Assembly: GCA_038184435.1 (NCBI GenBank)
Contig: CP116227.1
Span: 2,943,814-3,007,813 of the forward strand
Origin: Nocardioides alkalitolerans
Lineage (GTDB): Bacteria > Actinomycetota > Actinomycetes > Propionibacteriales > Nocardioidaceae
Length of the DNA: 64,000 bases
Direction: 5' to 3'
Every line of letters begins with the position of its first letter. The first letter of the stretch is position 1. Below the pieces are notes generated by a model, which saw only the letters and a program-made list of their open reading frames with translations, made no database searches and had not been told where the DNA came from. Both the position numbers and the translations under genes were made by a program. Shown here piece by piece: positions 30,091 through 38,378 of the stretch.

Positions 30091-30926
30091 GCAGCCGCAC
30101 CTCGTCGGTCGACGGCACGAGCCTGCGCCGTGTCGTCGGCGCCTCGGCAGCGGTGGTGGCGGCCGTCCAGGCCGGCACCGCGCTGGTCGCCCTCCGCCGC
30201 GGCCGCCGGGACTACGCCGACGCCGCGTGGGGTCCCGGCCTCGCCGCGGTGGCGGTCACGAGCGCCGCGCTCGGCTCCGGGGACCCCTGGCGCCGCTGGG
30301 CCCTGGCCGGCGTGACCACGGCGTGGGCGGTCCGGCTGGAGCGCCTCATGCTCGGGCGGGTGCGCGGCACCGACGAGGAGGACGAGCGCTACACCGAGTT
30401 CCTCGAGGGCGACGGCACCGCGGCGGTCGTGGCCAAGGTGTTCGTCACGCAGGGGATCGCGCAGCTGGCCGTGTCGGCGCCGCTCCAGCTCGCCGCGGCG
30501 AGCACGCTCCCCCGCACGGCGCGCCGCTGGCTCTTCCCGGCGGGCATCGCGGTCATGGTCGGGGGCGCGGTCGTGGAGGCCGTCGCCGACCGGCAGAAGG
30601 CTCGGTTCATGGAGCGCGACCGCGACGAGCGACCCGACGTGCTCGACACCGGGCTGTGGGGGCTCTCGCGCCACCCCAACTACTTCGGGGACTCCGTGGT
30701 GTGGGACGGCGCGTGGATCGCGGCCGCCGCCTCGGCGCCCGGTGCCTGGACGTTCCCGGCTCCCGTGGCGATGTCCTACTTCCTCGTGTTCGCGACCGGC
30801 GCCAAGCGCACCGAGCGGCGCATGGAGGACCGGCCGGCCTACCAGGACTACCAGCGCCGCGTCCCGTTCTTCCTCCCGCTCCCGCGGCGCGGGCGGGGCT
30901 CAGCCCAGGCGGGCGACGAAGCCTGA
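30087..30926 (+). CDS. DUF1295 (steroid 5-alpha-reductase-like) membrane protein
   Basis: EAVADRQKARF, TGLWGLSRHPNYFGD, YQRRVPFF. Confidence 0.88.
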   Translation: MSSRTSSVDGTSLRRVVGASAAVVAAVQAGTALVALRRGRRDYADAAWGPGLAAVAVTSAALGSGDPWRRWALAGVTTAWAVRLERLMLGRVRGTDEEDERYTEFLEGDGTAAVVAKVFVTQGIAQLAVSAPLQLAAASTLPRTARRWLFPAGIAVMVGGAVVEAVADRQKARFMERDRDERPDVLDTGLWGLSRHPNYFGDSVVWDGAWIAAAASAPGAWTFPAPVAMSYFLVFATGAKRTERRMEDRPAYQDYQRRVPFFLPLPRRGRGSAQAGDEA

Positions 30927-31703
30927 CAGCGCGGCGGCCAGCTCCGCCGGTCGCTCCTGCGGCACGAGGTGGGCGGCGCCGTCCACCTCGACGAGCTCGG
31001 TCGCGTGGGCGACGGTGCCGTTGAGCTCGCGCTGCGCGGCCGTCCCGAGGTCCCCGTCGTGGGCGCCCGCGACGACGAGGGCGGGCACGTCGAGACGCGG
31101 CACCCGCGCCGACCAGTCCTCTCGCGAGCCCGCGAGCAGCCAGCGCCGCCAGGCGACCGGATCGGTACGCCGCAGGTCCGCCACCGCGGCCTCGTGCAGC
31201 GGCGCGGGGAGGGGGGCGTGGGTGTTCATGGCGACGAACTCCTCGGCCGCCGCCCGGTCGAGGGCACCGTCCTGCGTCCACCCGAGCATCTGCTGCCGTC
31301 GCTCCTCCGCCATGGGCTCGGGGACGACCGGCGAGGCGGCGACGAGCACGACGCCCGCGAGACCGGCGGGGGGCGGGACGACGGCGCCTGCCGCGAGGAG
31401 CGTGGCGATCTTGCCGCCCATGCTGTGCCCGAGGAGCACCAGCGGATCCGAGGCGGACGGGAGGACAGCGAGCCGGGCGGCGACGTGCCGCACCGTGGCG
31501 GCGCAGTCAGCGACGCTCGCGGCGGAACCGTCGGCGGACCCGTCGGCGGACCCGTCGGCGGACCCCTCGGCGTGGTCCCCGAAGCCGGGCAGGTCGAGGG
31601 CGGTGACGCGCACCGCCGGGTCGAGGGAGGCGGCCAGGGGGTCGAACGACCGGGCGCTGCCCCCGAGGGCGTGGAGGCAGACGAGCCGGATGACGGCGAT
31701 CAG
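30900..31703 (-). CDS. Alpha/beta fold hydrolase (probable non-canonical CTG start)
   Basis: GHSMGG nucleophile elbow, catalytic D and H (AHLVPQE); in-frame N-terminal LVCLHALGGSARSF lies upstream of the GTG at 31613. Confidence 0.8.
   Translation of the reverse strand: MIAVIRLVCLHALGGSARSFDPLAASLDPAVRVTALDLPGFGDHAEGSADGSADGSADGSAASVADCAATVRHVAARLAVLPSASDPLVLLGHSMGGKIATLLAAGAVVPPPAGLAGVVLVAASPVVPEPMAEERRQQMLGWTQDGALDRAAAEEFVAMNTHAPLPAPLHEAAVADLRRTDPVAWRRWLLAGSREDWSARVPRLDVPALVVAGAHDGDLGTAAQRELNGTVAHATELVEVDGAAHLVPQERPAELAAALSGFVARLG
31521..31568. repeat. 4 x 12-bp in-frame tandem repeat (GSAD) in the hydrolase
   Basis: GGCGGA(A/C)CC(G/C)TC x4. Confidence 0.85.
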
Positions 31704-32047
31704 CCGACCAGGTCGCCCGTGCCGCCGGCGGGCTCGCTCACCGGCACGCCGACGACGCTGAGGACCCGGTGCGCGAGCGTGCCGGCGCGGGCCGTCAGCG
31801 TCACCGCGACGCCGTCGCGCTCGGCGCGGCGCGCGAGGGCGATGAGGGTGCCCACCGCGAGGCTGGGGAGGAAGTCGATGTCGCTGAGGTCGAGGGAGAC
31901 GTTGCGCGTGAACCCCTCGGTCGCACCGCTCACCTCGAAGTCGAGACGCTCGAGGTCCTCCTGCTCGTAGACGCCGCCCGTGACGCGCAGGTCACCCGGG
32001 GCGTCGCGGTGGATGCGGAGGGAGTCGGCGGGGGTGGGGTGGTTCAC
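31700..32047 (-). CDS. STAS domain anti-anti-sigma factor
   Basis: SLDLSDIDFLPSLAVGTLI; GAAGG RBS before the GTG at 32047. Confidence 0.85.
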   Translation of the reverse strand: MNHPTPADSLRIHRDAPGDLRVTGGVYEQEDLERLDFEVSGATEGFTRNVSLDLSDIDFLPSLAVGTLIALARRAERDGVAVTLTARAGTLAHRVLSVVGVPVSEPAGGTGDLVG

Positions 32048-32235
32048 GGGCGGGCCTTCCGACGAGGGGGTGCAGCACGGCACGGATCGAGGGACCGAGC
32101 CGCGGGGACCATCATGCAGTCTTCAACCGAAAATATCTACACAGAGGATTCTGAAGATCTGTTGAGGTATTGCACCTCACGCCCCTCACCCCGTTCCGGG
32201 TACCGGCGCCAGGACCACATCCCGAGGAGGACCCC

Positions 32236-32430
32236 GTGTACGACGACGCCCGACCCTGCCAGGTGTGCGGCAGTGCCGTCCGGCTCGAGCCCCACCGGCC
32301 CGGCCCCGACGATGCCTCCGCCCGCGTCGGTCCGCCCGACGGTGTCGTCGGGGGCGCCGACCCGACGCTCGACGACCGGGTGTGCAGCAACGACGACTGC
32401 CCCACCCGCTCCGGGGACGGCGAGCCCTGA
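32236..32430 (+). CDS. Small putative zinc-binding protein (64 aa)
   Basis: GAGGAGG RBS; CQVC...CSNDDC. Confidence 0.6.
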   Translation: MYDDARPCQVCGSAVRLEPHRPGPDDASARVGPPDGVVGGADPTLDDRVCSNDDCPTRSGDGEP

Positions 32431-32449
32431 GCGGTCCGGGAACGGCGGC

Positions 32450-32755
32450 TCAGGCCGCGAGCGTGACCGGCTGCGGGTCCTCGTCGGAGCGCACGTCGTC
32501 GAGCACGACCCGCGCGCCCCGCCGCTCGCGCACCGCCACGACGAGCGCCCGGAGGCCCAGCCCGGCCCAGATGAGGTTCGAGACGGCGCTCGGCCACGCG
32601 CCGTACAGGGCGGCGCCCGCCGACGCGAGCAGGCCGCCGACGCTGTTGAGGAGCGCGTAGCGCACCGAGAGGGACGACATCCGTCCCGTGGAATGGAGGG
32701 CGAAGGCACCGATCGTCCCGATCGTCCCGACCCATCCCAGCACTGCCGCGAGCAT
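32450..32755 (-). CDS. Small membrane protein (CBU_0592-like)
   Basis: Three TM segments; Y.LLN.VGG..L...A...AWPS..SN.IW pattern. Confidence 0.65.
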   Translation of the reverse strand: MLAAVLGWVGTIGTIGAFALHSTGRMSSLSVRYALLNSVGGLLASAGAALYGAWPSAVSNLIWAGLGLRALVVAVRERRGARVVLDDVRSDEDPQPVTLAA

Positions 32756-32856
32756 CCTCTTCCCGACCTTCTCCACGGGCCGCGGACGCGGCCGACCGGC
32801 ATGGATCGTGGACCACGACGGGGGCGCGGCGGGAGTGCCGGATCCGCGCACCCGGG

Positions 32857-32873
32857 CTTCAGCAACGCTGAAG
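32857..32873. promoter_or_regulatory. LysR box (T-N11-A) upstream of the small membrane protein gene
   Basis: CTTCAGC-AAC-GCTGAAG perfect arms containing T-N11-A; LysR gene adjacent. Confidence 0.6.
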
Positions 32874-32939
32874 AGGCGCAGCCGCGCGGCACTCCCGCGG
32901 GGGTGGGTCGCGCAGGTCACACGGCGGTACGCCGCCCGC

Positions 32940-33863
32940 TCACCCGAGCGGGTCCGCGCCGCCGTGCGCCGCCGCCTCCTGGCTCACCAGCGACGTCACG
33001 GTGACGGCCGGACCCGGCGTCGGCCCGCGGGACTCGTGGTGCCGCGCCACGATGCGGCGCACCCCCAGCCCCTCCACCTCGAGCACCACCACCCCGGGCG
33101 GGGTGAGGCCCTGGATGGCCAGCGCGGGCGCCAGGGCCACGCCCTCCCCGGCGGCGACGAGGGCGAGGGCGGTCTGCAGCCCGAAGTAGGCGTGCTTCAC
33201 GGCGCCGTGGAGCCCGAGGCCGCGGCGTACCCGGGCGATGGCCCGCGCACTGGCCTCCGAGTCGGCGACCCCCAGCCACGGCACGGAGGAACCGCGCAGG
33301 CCCGCGACGTCGGCGGATTCCACGGCACCGACGGGGGCGACGACCCGCCACGGATCGTCGAGGAGGTGGTGCTCGACGACGCCGGCCGGGAGGTGCGCGG
33401 TCTCGTCGGCGTCCGTCTCGATGATGGCCACGTCGAGGTGCCCCGTGCGCAGCCGCCGCATGAGCACGTCGCGCTCCGCCTCCGCGACGATCACGTCGAG
33501 GTCCGGGTGCTGCAGGCGCCAGCGCGGCAGGGCCGGCACGAGGACGGTGCGCAGGAAGCTCTCGAACCCGCCGACCCGCACGGTGCCGGACAGGGCGGCG
33601 CCGGCGGCGTCGAGGCGCACGGCGGCGAGGTTGAGGGTGCGCTCCACCTCCTCGCCCGCCTCGGCGAGGGTCGCCCCGGCCGGGGTCAGGAGGGTGCCGC
33701 GGACCGTGCGGCGGATGAGCGCCTGGCCGGTCTCGCGCTCGAGGCGGGCCACCTGCTGGGACACCGCGGACGGCGACACCCCGAGCTGCTCGGCCGCGGC
33801 GAGGATGCCGCCCGCGCGGGCGACCGCCACGAGGAACCGCAGCCGTCGCGGGTCGATCTCCAC
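32940..33863 (-). CDS. LysR family transcriptional regulator
   Basis: LRFLVAVARAGGILAAAEQLGVSPSAVSQQVARLE. Confidence 0.92.
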   Translation of the reverse strand: MEIDPRRLRFLVAVARAGGILAAAEQLGVSPSAVSQQVARLERETGQALIRRTVRGTLLTPAGATLAEAGEEVERTLNLAAVRLDAAGAALSGTVRVGGFESFLRTVLVPALPRWRLQHPDLDVIVAEAERDVLMRRLRTGHLDVAIIETDADETAHLPAGVVEHHLLDDPWRVVAPVGAVESADVAGLRGSSVPWLGVADSEASARAIARVRRGLGLHGAVKHAYFGLQTALALVAAGEGVALAPALAIQGLTPPGVVVLEVEGLGVRRIVARHHESRGPTPGPAVTVTSLVSQEAAAHGGADPLG

Positions 33864-33923
33864 CGGGCTCCCTCTCCTCCGCGCCCGACGCGGGTGCACC
33901 GGGCGCGGAGGATCATAGGGCGC

Positions 33924-34403
33924 TCAGATGGCCTGGACGGCCGCCGAGGGGACGAGCCGGTCGGCCGCCCGCGCGGCGACCCCGGACTGCCAGGCCCAGG
34001 CGGCGATCTCGACGCGGTTGCGCGTGCGCAGCTTCATCGCGATCTGCCGCAGGTGGAACTTGACGGTCGAGCCGGCGAGGTACATCGCCGCCCCGATCTC
34101 GTCGTTGGTGAGTCCGTGGGCGACGAGGCCGACGACCTCGACCTCCCGGGCGGTGAGCCGCTCGGTCGGCGCGATGCACCGACCGGCGATCGGCACGGGC
34201 GGCGCCGGGAGCACCGCGACCGGCGCCGTGGCCGGACCGTCCTCCTGGTCGAGGTCGAGCGCGTCCCCGGCGTCGCCGAGCTCCGCACCGTCGTCACCGA
34301 CCACCCGCACCCGCACGTTCCGGTCCGCGCCGAGGGCGCCGGCCAGTCCCCCGGCGAGGTCGCCGGCCAGCTCGTCGAGGTGGACCTCCACCGTGATCCG
34401 CAC
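33924..34403 (-). CDS. LuxR-type HTH regulator (no REC domain)
   Basis: LTAREVEVVGLVAHGLTNDEIGAAMYLAGSTVKFHLRQIAMKLRTRNRVE. Confidence 0.82.
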   Translation of the reverse strand: MRITVEVHLDELAGDLAGGLAGALGADRNVRVRVVGDDGAELGDAGDALDLDQEDGPATAPVAVLPAPPVPIAGRCIAPTERLTAREVEVVGLVAHGLTNDEIGAAMYLAGSTVKFHLRQIAMKLRTRNRVEIAAWAWQSGVAARAADRLVPSAAVQAI

Positions 34404-34414
34404 GTCGATCGACC

Positions 34415-35755
34415 TCAGACGCCGCGGAAGCGGTTGATGGCGTCGATGTGCTTCTCGCGCATCGCGTGGTCGCGGACACCGAGGCCCTCCTCGGGCGCCA
34501 GGCAGAGCACGCCGACCTTGCCCTGGTGCTTGTTGTGGTGCACGTCGAGCGCGGCCTGGCCGACCTCGTCGAGGCCGTAGGTGCGCGACACCGTCGGGTG
34601 GATCTTGCCCTGCGCGATGAGGCGGTTGGCCTCGTAGGCCTCGCGGTAGTTGGCGAAGTGGCTGGAGACGATGCGCTTGAGGTTCATCCACAGGTAGCGG
34701 TTGTCGTACTCGTGCATGAAGCCCGTGGTCGACGCACAGGTCGTGATCGTGCCGCCCTTGCGGGTCACGTAGACCGACGCGCCGAAGGTCTCCCGGCCCG
34801 GGTGCTCGAAGACGATGTCGATGTCCTCGCCGCCGGTGAGCTCGCGGATCTTCTTGCCGAGGCGCTGCCACTCCTTGGGGTTCTGCTTGGTGCCCTCCTC
34901 GTTCCAGAACTGCCAGTTCTCCTCGGAACGGTTGATGACCATCTCGGCGCCCATGCTGCGCACGATCTTGGCCTTCTCCTCGTTGGAGACCACGCAGATC
35001 GGGTTGGCGCCGCCGTTGAGGGCGTACTGCGTCGCGAAGCCGCCGAGACCGCCCGAGGCGCCCCAGATCAGCACGTTGTCGCCCTGCTTCATCTGGCCGG
35101 CGTTCTTGGAGACCAGCTGCCGGTACGCCGTCGCGTTGACGAGACCCGGGGACGCGGCCTCCTCCCAGGTCAGGTGGTCGGGCTTGGGCAGCAGCTGGTT
35201 GGACTTCACCAGCGCGATCTCGGCCAGGCCGCCGAAGTTGGTCTCGAAGCCCCAGATGCGCTGCTGCGGGTCCATCATCGTGTCGTCGTGGCCGGCGGGG
35301 TCCTCGAGCTCGACCGAGAGGCAGTGGGCCACGACCTCGGCGCCCGGCTTCCACTGGGTGACGCCCGGGCCGGTCTTGAGCACGACGCCGGCGAGGTCGG
35401 AGCCGACCACGTGGTACGGCAGGTCGTGGCGCTTCGTCAGCTCCGAGAGGCGGCCGTAGCGCTCGAGGAAGCCGAAGGTGGAGACGGGCTCGAAGATGCT
35501 CGTCCACACGGTGTTGTAGTTGATGGCCGAGGCCATGACCGCGACGTAGGCCTCGCCGGGGCCCAGCTCGGGCAGCGGGACGTCGTCGAGGTGGAGCGAC
35601 TTGCGCGGGTCCTTGTCGCGCGTGGCCAGGCCCTCGAACATGTCGACCTCGTCCTTGTGGACGGTCACGCCGCGGAACGACTCGGGCAGCTCCATGGCGG
35701 CGTAGTCACCGCTCTCCGCGTTGCCGGAGAGGATCGCGTCGAGGATCTGCTGCAT
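34415..35755 (-). CDS. ccrA: Crotonyl-CoA carboxylase/reductase
   Basis: VMASAINYNTVWTSIFEP, WGFETNFGGLAE, WGASGGLG, VFEHPGRETFGAS, YLWMNLKRIVSSHFANY. Confidence 0.95.
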   Translation of the reverse strand: MQQILDAILSGNAESGDYAAMELPESFRGVTVHKDEVDMFEGLATRDKDPRKSLHLDDVPLPELGPGEAYVAVMASAINYNTVWTSIFEPVSTFGFLERYGRLSELTKRHDLPYHVVGSDLAGVVLKTGPGVTQWKPGAEVVAHCLSVELEDPAGHDDTMMDPQQRIWGFETNFGGLAEIALVKSNQLLPKPDHLTWEEAASPGLVNATAYRQLVSKNAGQMKQGDNVLIWGASGGLGGFATQYALNGGANPICVVSNEEKAKIVRSMGAEMVINRSEENWQFWNEEGTKQNPKEWQRLGKKIRELTGGEDIDIVFEHPGRETFGASVYVTRKGGTITTCASTTGFMHEYDNRYLWMNLKRIVSSHFANYREAYEANRLIAQGKIHPTVSRTYGLDEVGQAALDVHHNKHQGKVGVLCLAPEEGLGVRDHAMREKHIDAINRFRGV

Positions 35756-35796
35756 CTCGGGACTCCTGAGGGGTCTCGGCCGACGGGGTCGGCAGG

Positions 35797-35812
35797 GTTA
35801 ACACGCATTAAC
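35797..35812. promoter_or_regulatory. AT-rich palindrome upstream of ccrA
   Basis: GTTAA-N6-TTAAC. Confidence 0.35.
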
Positions 35813-36036
35813 TGGCCGGGAGCGTACCGAGCGCTCGGTCTGTCGGCCAACAAAAGTTGACGTGGATCACTCATCGGACACGGATCTGGTTACTCGCGAG
35901 GAACTCCGCACCACTCGGGCGGGCCTCGATCCCACATCTGGGCTATGTTCCCTCGCAGCGATCCCGTCACCCCCACTGCGTCCACTCACCGAACGCCTCG
36001 CGGGAAACGGGTCGCCGACCGATCGCTCGATCACGA

Positions 36037-36060
36037 CTGCGTCACACTGGGTTGACGCAG
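36037..36060. promoter_or_regulatory. Perfect inverted repeat upstream of the acyl-CoA dehydrogenase gene
   Basis: CTGCGTCA-N8-TGACGCAG. Confidence 0.4.
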
Positions 36061-36117
36061 GAGAGGTCGGGCAACTGCGATCCCTCTCGCACCCATCAGC
36101 ACGTGGAAGGAAGTGAC

Positions 36118-37317
36118 ATGCCCCGCTTGTGTCAGACGGACGGCCTCAGCGATGTGCAGACCGAGATCCTCAAGGCGGTGCGCGAGTTCGTCGACGAGCG
36201 GATCATCCCCGTCGCCCAGGAGCTGGAGCACGCCGACGAGTACCCGACGGAGATCATCGAGGGCCTCAAGGAGCTGGGCGTCTTCGGCCTCACGATCCCG
36301 GAGGAGCACGGTGGCCTCGGGGAGTCGCTCCTGACGTACGCGCTCGTGGTGGAGGAGATCGCCCGCGGCTGGATGAGCGTCTCGGGTGTCATCAACACCC
36401 ACTTCATCGTGGCCTACCTGCTCATGCAGCACGGCACGGACGAGCAGAAGGCGAAGTACCTCCCGCGCATGGCGACCGGCGAGGTGCGCGGCGCGTTCTC
36501 GATGTCGGAGCCGGGCCTCGGCTCGGACGTCTCCGCGGTGTCCACGAAGGCCGTCAAGCAGGACGACGGGTCGTACTCGATCACCGGCCAGAAGATGTGG
36601 CTGACCAACGGCGGCACGTCGACGCTCGTCGCCCTGCTCACCAAGACCGACGAGGGCGCCGAGTCGGTCTACAAGAACATGACGACCTTCCTCGTCGAGA
36701 AGGAGCCCGGCTTCGGCGAGACCGCCCAGGGCGTCACGGTGCCCGGCAAGCTCGACAAGATGGGCTACAAGGGCGTCGAGACCACCGAGCTCATCCTCGA
36801 CGGCCACCAGATCAGCGCCGACCAGATCCTCGGCGGCGAGCCCGGCAAGGGCTTCTTCCAGATGATGGACGGCGTCGAGGTCGGGCGCGTCAACGTCGCG
36901 GCCCGCGCCTGCGGCCTCGCCTGGCGCGGCTTCGAGCTCGGCATCGCCTACGCGCAGCAGCGCAAGACGTTCGGCAAGGCGATCGCCGAGCACCAGGCGG
37001 TGCTCTTCCGGCTCGCGGAGATGGCCACGAAGGTCGAGACGATCCACACGATGATGGTGCGTGCGGCCCGCCTCAAGGACACCGGCCAGCGGATGGACGT
37101 CGAGGCCGGCATGGCGAAGATGCTCGCCTCGGAGTACGCCAACGAGGTCGTCGAGGACTCGTTCCGCATCCACGGCGGCTACGGCTACTCCAAGGAGTAC
37201 GAGATCGAGCGGCTCATGCGCGAGGTGAAGTTCATGCTCATCGGCGAGGGCACGAGCGACATCCAGAAGATGATCATCGGGCGCAGCCTGCTCAAGGACT
37301 ACAAGCTGAAGGCCTGA
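36118..37317 (+). CDS. Acyl-CoA dehydrogenase, probably methylsuccinyl-CoA dehydrogenase of the ethylmalonyl-CoA pathway
   Basis: FSMSEPGLGSD, GQKMWLTNG, IHGGYG, IGEGT; resembles the Streptomyces ccr-cluster acyl-CoA dehydrogenase; divergent from ccrA. Confidence 0.88.
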   Translation: MPRLCQTDGLSDVQTEILKAVREFVDERIIPVAQELEHADEYPTEIIEGLKELGVFGLTIPEEHGGLGESLLTYALVVEEIARGWMSVSGVINTHFIVAYLLMQHGTDEQKAKYLPRMATGEVRGAFSMSEPGLGSDVSAVSTKAVKQDDGSYSITGQKMWLTNGGTSTLVALLTKTDEGAESVYKNMTTFLVEKEPGFGETAQGVTVPGKLDKMGYKGVETTELILDGHQISADQILGGEPGKGFFQMMDGVEVGRVNVAARACGLAWRGFELGIAYAQQRKTFGKAIAEHQAVLFRLAEMATKVETIHTMMVRAARLKDTGQRMDVEAGMAKMLASEYANEVVEDSFRIHGGYGYSKEYEIERLMREVKFMLIGEGTSDIQKMIIGRSLLKDYKLKA

Positions 37318-37327
37318 CCCCCTCGCA

Positions 37328-37387
37328 CCTCCGGGACGTCATGCGGAGCGCCGGCCCCGACCGCCGGGGCGCATGACGTCCCGGAGG
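37328..37387. repeat. Perfect 18-bp-arm hairpin between convergent genes
   Basis: CCTCCGGGACGTCATGCG-N24-CGCATGACGTCCCGGAGG. Confidence 0.8.
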
Positions 37388-37569
37388 CGGCGGCTCCGCG
37401 GCGTACGGCGGGGGGACGGCTGGGGCGGGGCACCCGCTCGGGGTGCCGCGAAATGTGCAGCTGGGACACGCCCGCCGCGACCAGAGCCGTACCAGCCGCA
37501 CAGTTCCGCGCCCTCTGGCCGCGGGGCCGGGCAGCGAGCCGACCGGCCCTTCCGGGAGCGCCGTCGGGG

Positions 37570-38325
37570 TCAGGCGAGGTACGGGTCGCACCACGCGCTG
37601 ATGAGCCGTGCGGCGCGCTTCGCCTGGCCCGGCGCGGTCAGCAGGTGGTCGGCGCCCTCGAGCGCGACGAAGCTGCGGGGGTGGCGCGCCCGCTGGAAGA
37701 TCTCGCTGGCGTTGCCGACGCCGACCGTGTTGTCGGTCGGTGAGTGCATGACGAGCAGCGGCTGCCGCAGCCGGTCGATGCGGTCGCGGAACTCGGCCCG
37801 GCGCACGTCCTCGACGAACTCCCGCGTCAGCTTGAGCGTCTTGCCCCCGACCCTCCACTCCGCCTCGCCGTCGTCGAGCACGCGGTCGACCAACGCGTCG
37901 TACTGGTGCTCCGCGTGCCCCGGGTCCACGGGCGCGGCGATCGAGGCCACGGCGGAGACGGGGGCGCCGTCGGAGGCCGCCGCGATCGCGGCCGCTCCGC
38001 CCCACGAGTGGCCGACGAGCAGGGACGCCGGGGTGCCGCGCTCCGCCATGAAGGCCACCGCCTCCTTCGTGTCGGCCACCTTCACCGTGAACGACCCGCG
38101 GCCCCACTCCCCCTCGGAGTCGACGAGGCCGAGGGCGTCGAAGCGCAGCATGCCGATGCCCTCGCGGGCGAGTTGCTTGCTGACGCGGGCGGCGGCCGGC
38201 GAGTCCTTGCCGAGGGTGAACCCGTGGACGAAGACACCCCAGCCGCGCACCTCCCCCTCCGGCTCGTCGACCAGCCCGGCGAGCCGAGGGCCGGTCGAGC
38301 TGGCGAACGACACGCGTGTGGCCAC
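37570..38325 (-). CDS. Alpha/beta hydrolase (OsmC-associated type)
   Basis: FVHGFTLGKDS, GHSWGG, HSPTDNTV, LEGADHLL. Confidence 0.88.
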   Translation of the reverse strand: MATRVSFASSTGPRLAGLVDEPEGEVRGWGVFVHGFTLGKDSPAAARVSKQLAREGIGMLRFDALGLVDSEGEWGRGSFTVKVADTKEAVAFMAERGTPASLLVGHSWGGAAAIAAASDGAPVSAVASIAAPVDPGHAEHQYDALVDRVLDDGEAEWRVGGKTLKLTREFVEDVRRAEFRDRIDRLRQPLLVMHSPTDNTVGVGNASEIFQRARHPRSFVALEGADHLLTAPGQAKRAARLISAWCDPYLA

Positions 38326-38378
38326 GTTCCCTCCTCCGTACGGCGCGGTGCGGACGTTCTACGCCATGACGCGCCGGA

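Noticed and set aside
33924-35507. 527-aa ORF suggesting a long LuxR protein
   Set aside because: The upstream part overlaps ccrA out of frame; the real start is probably the GTG at 34403.
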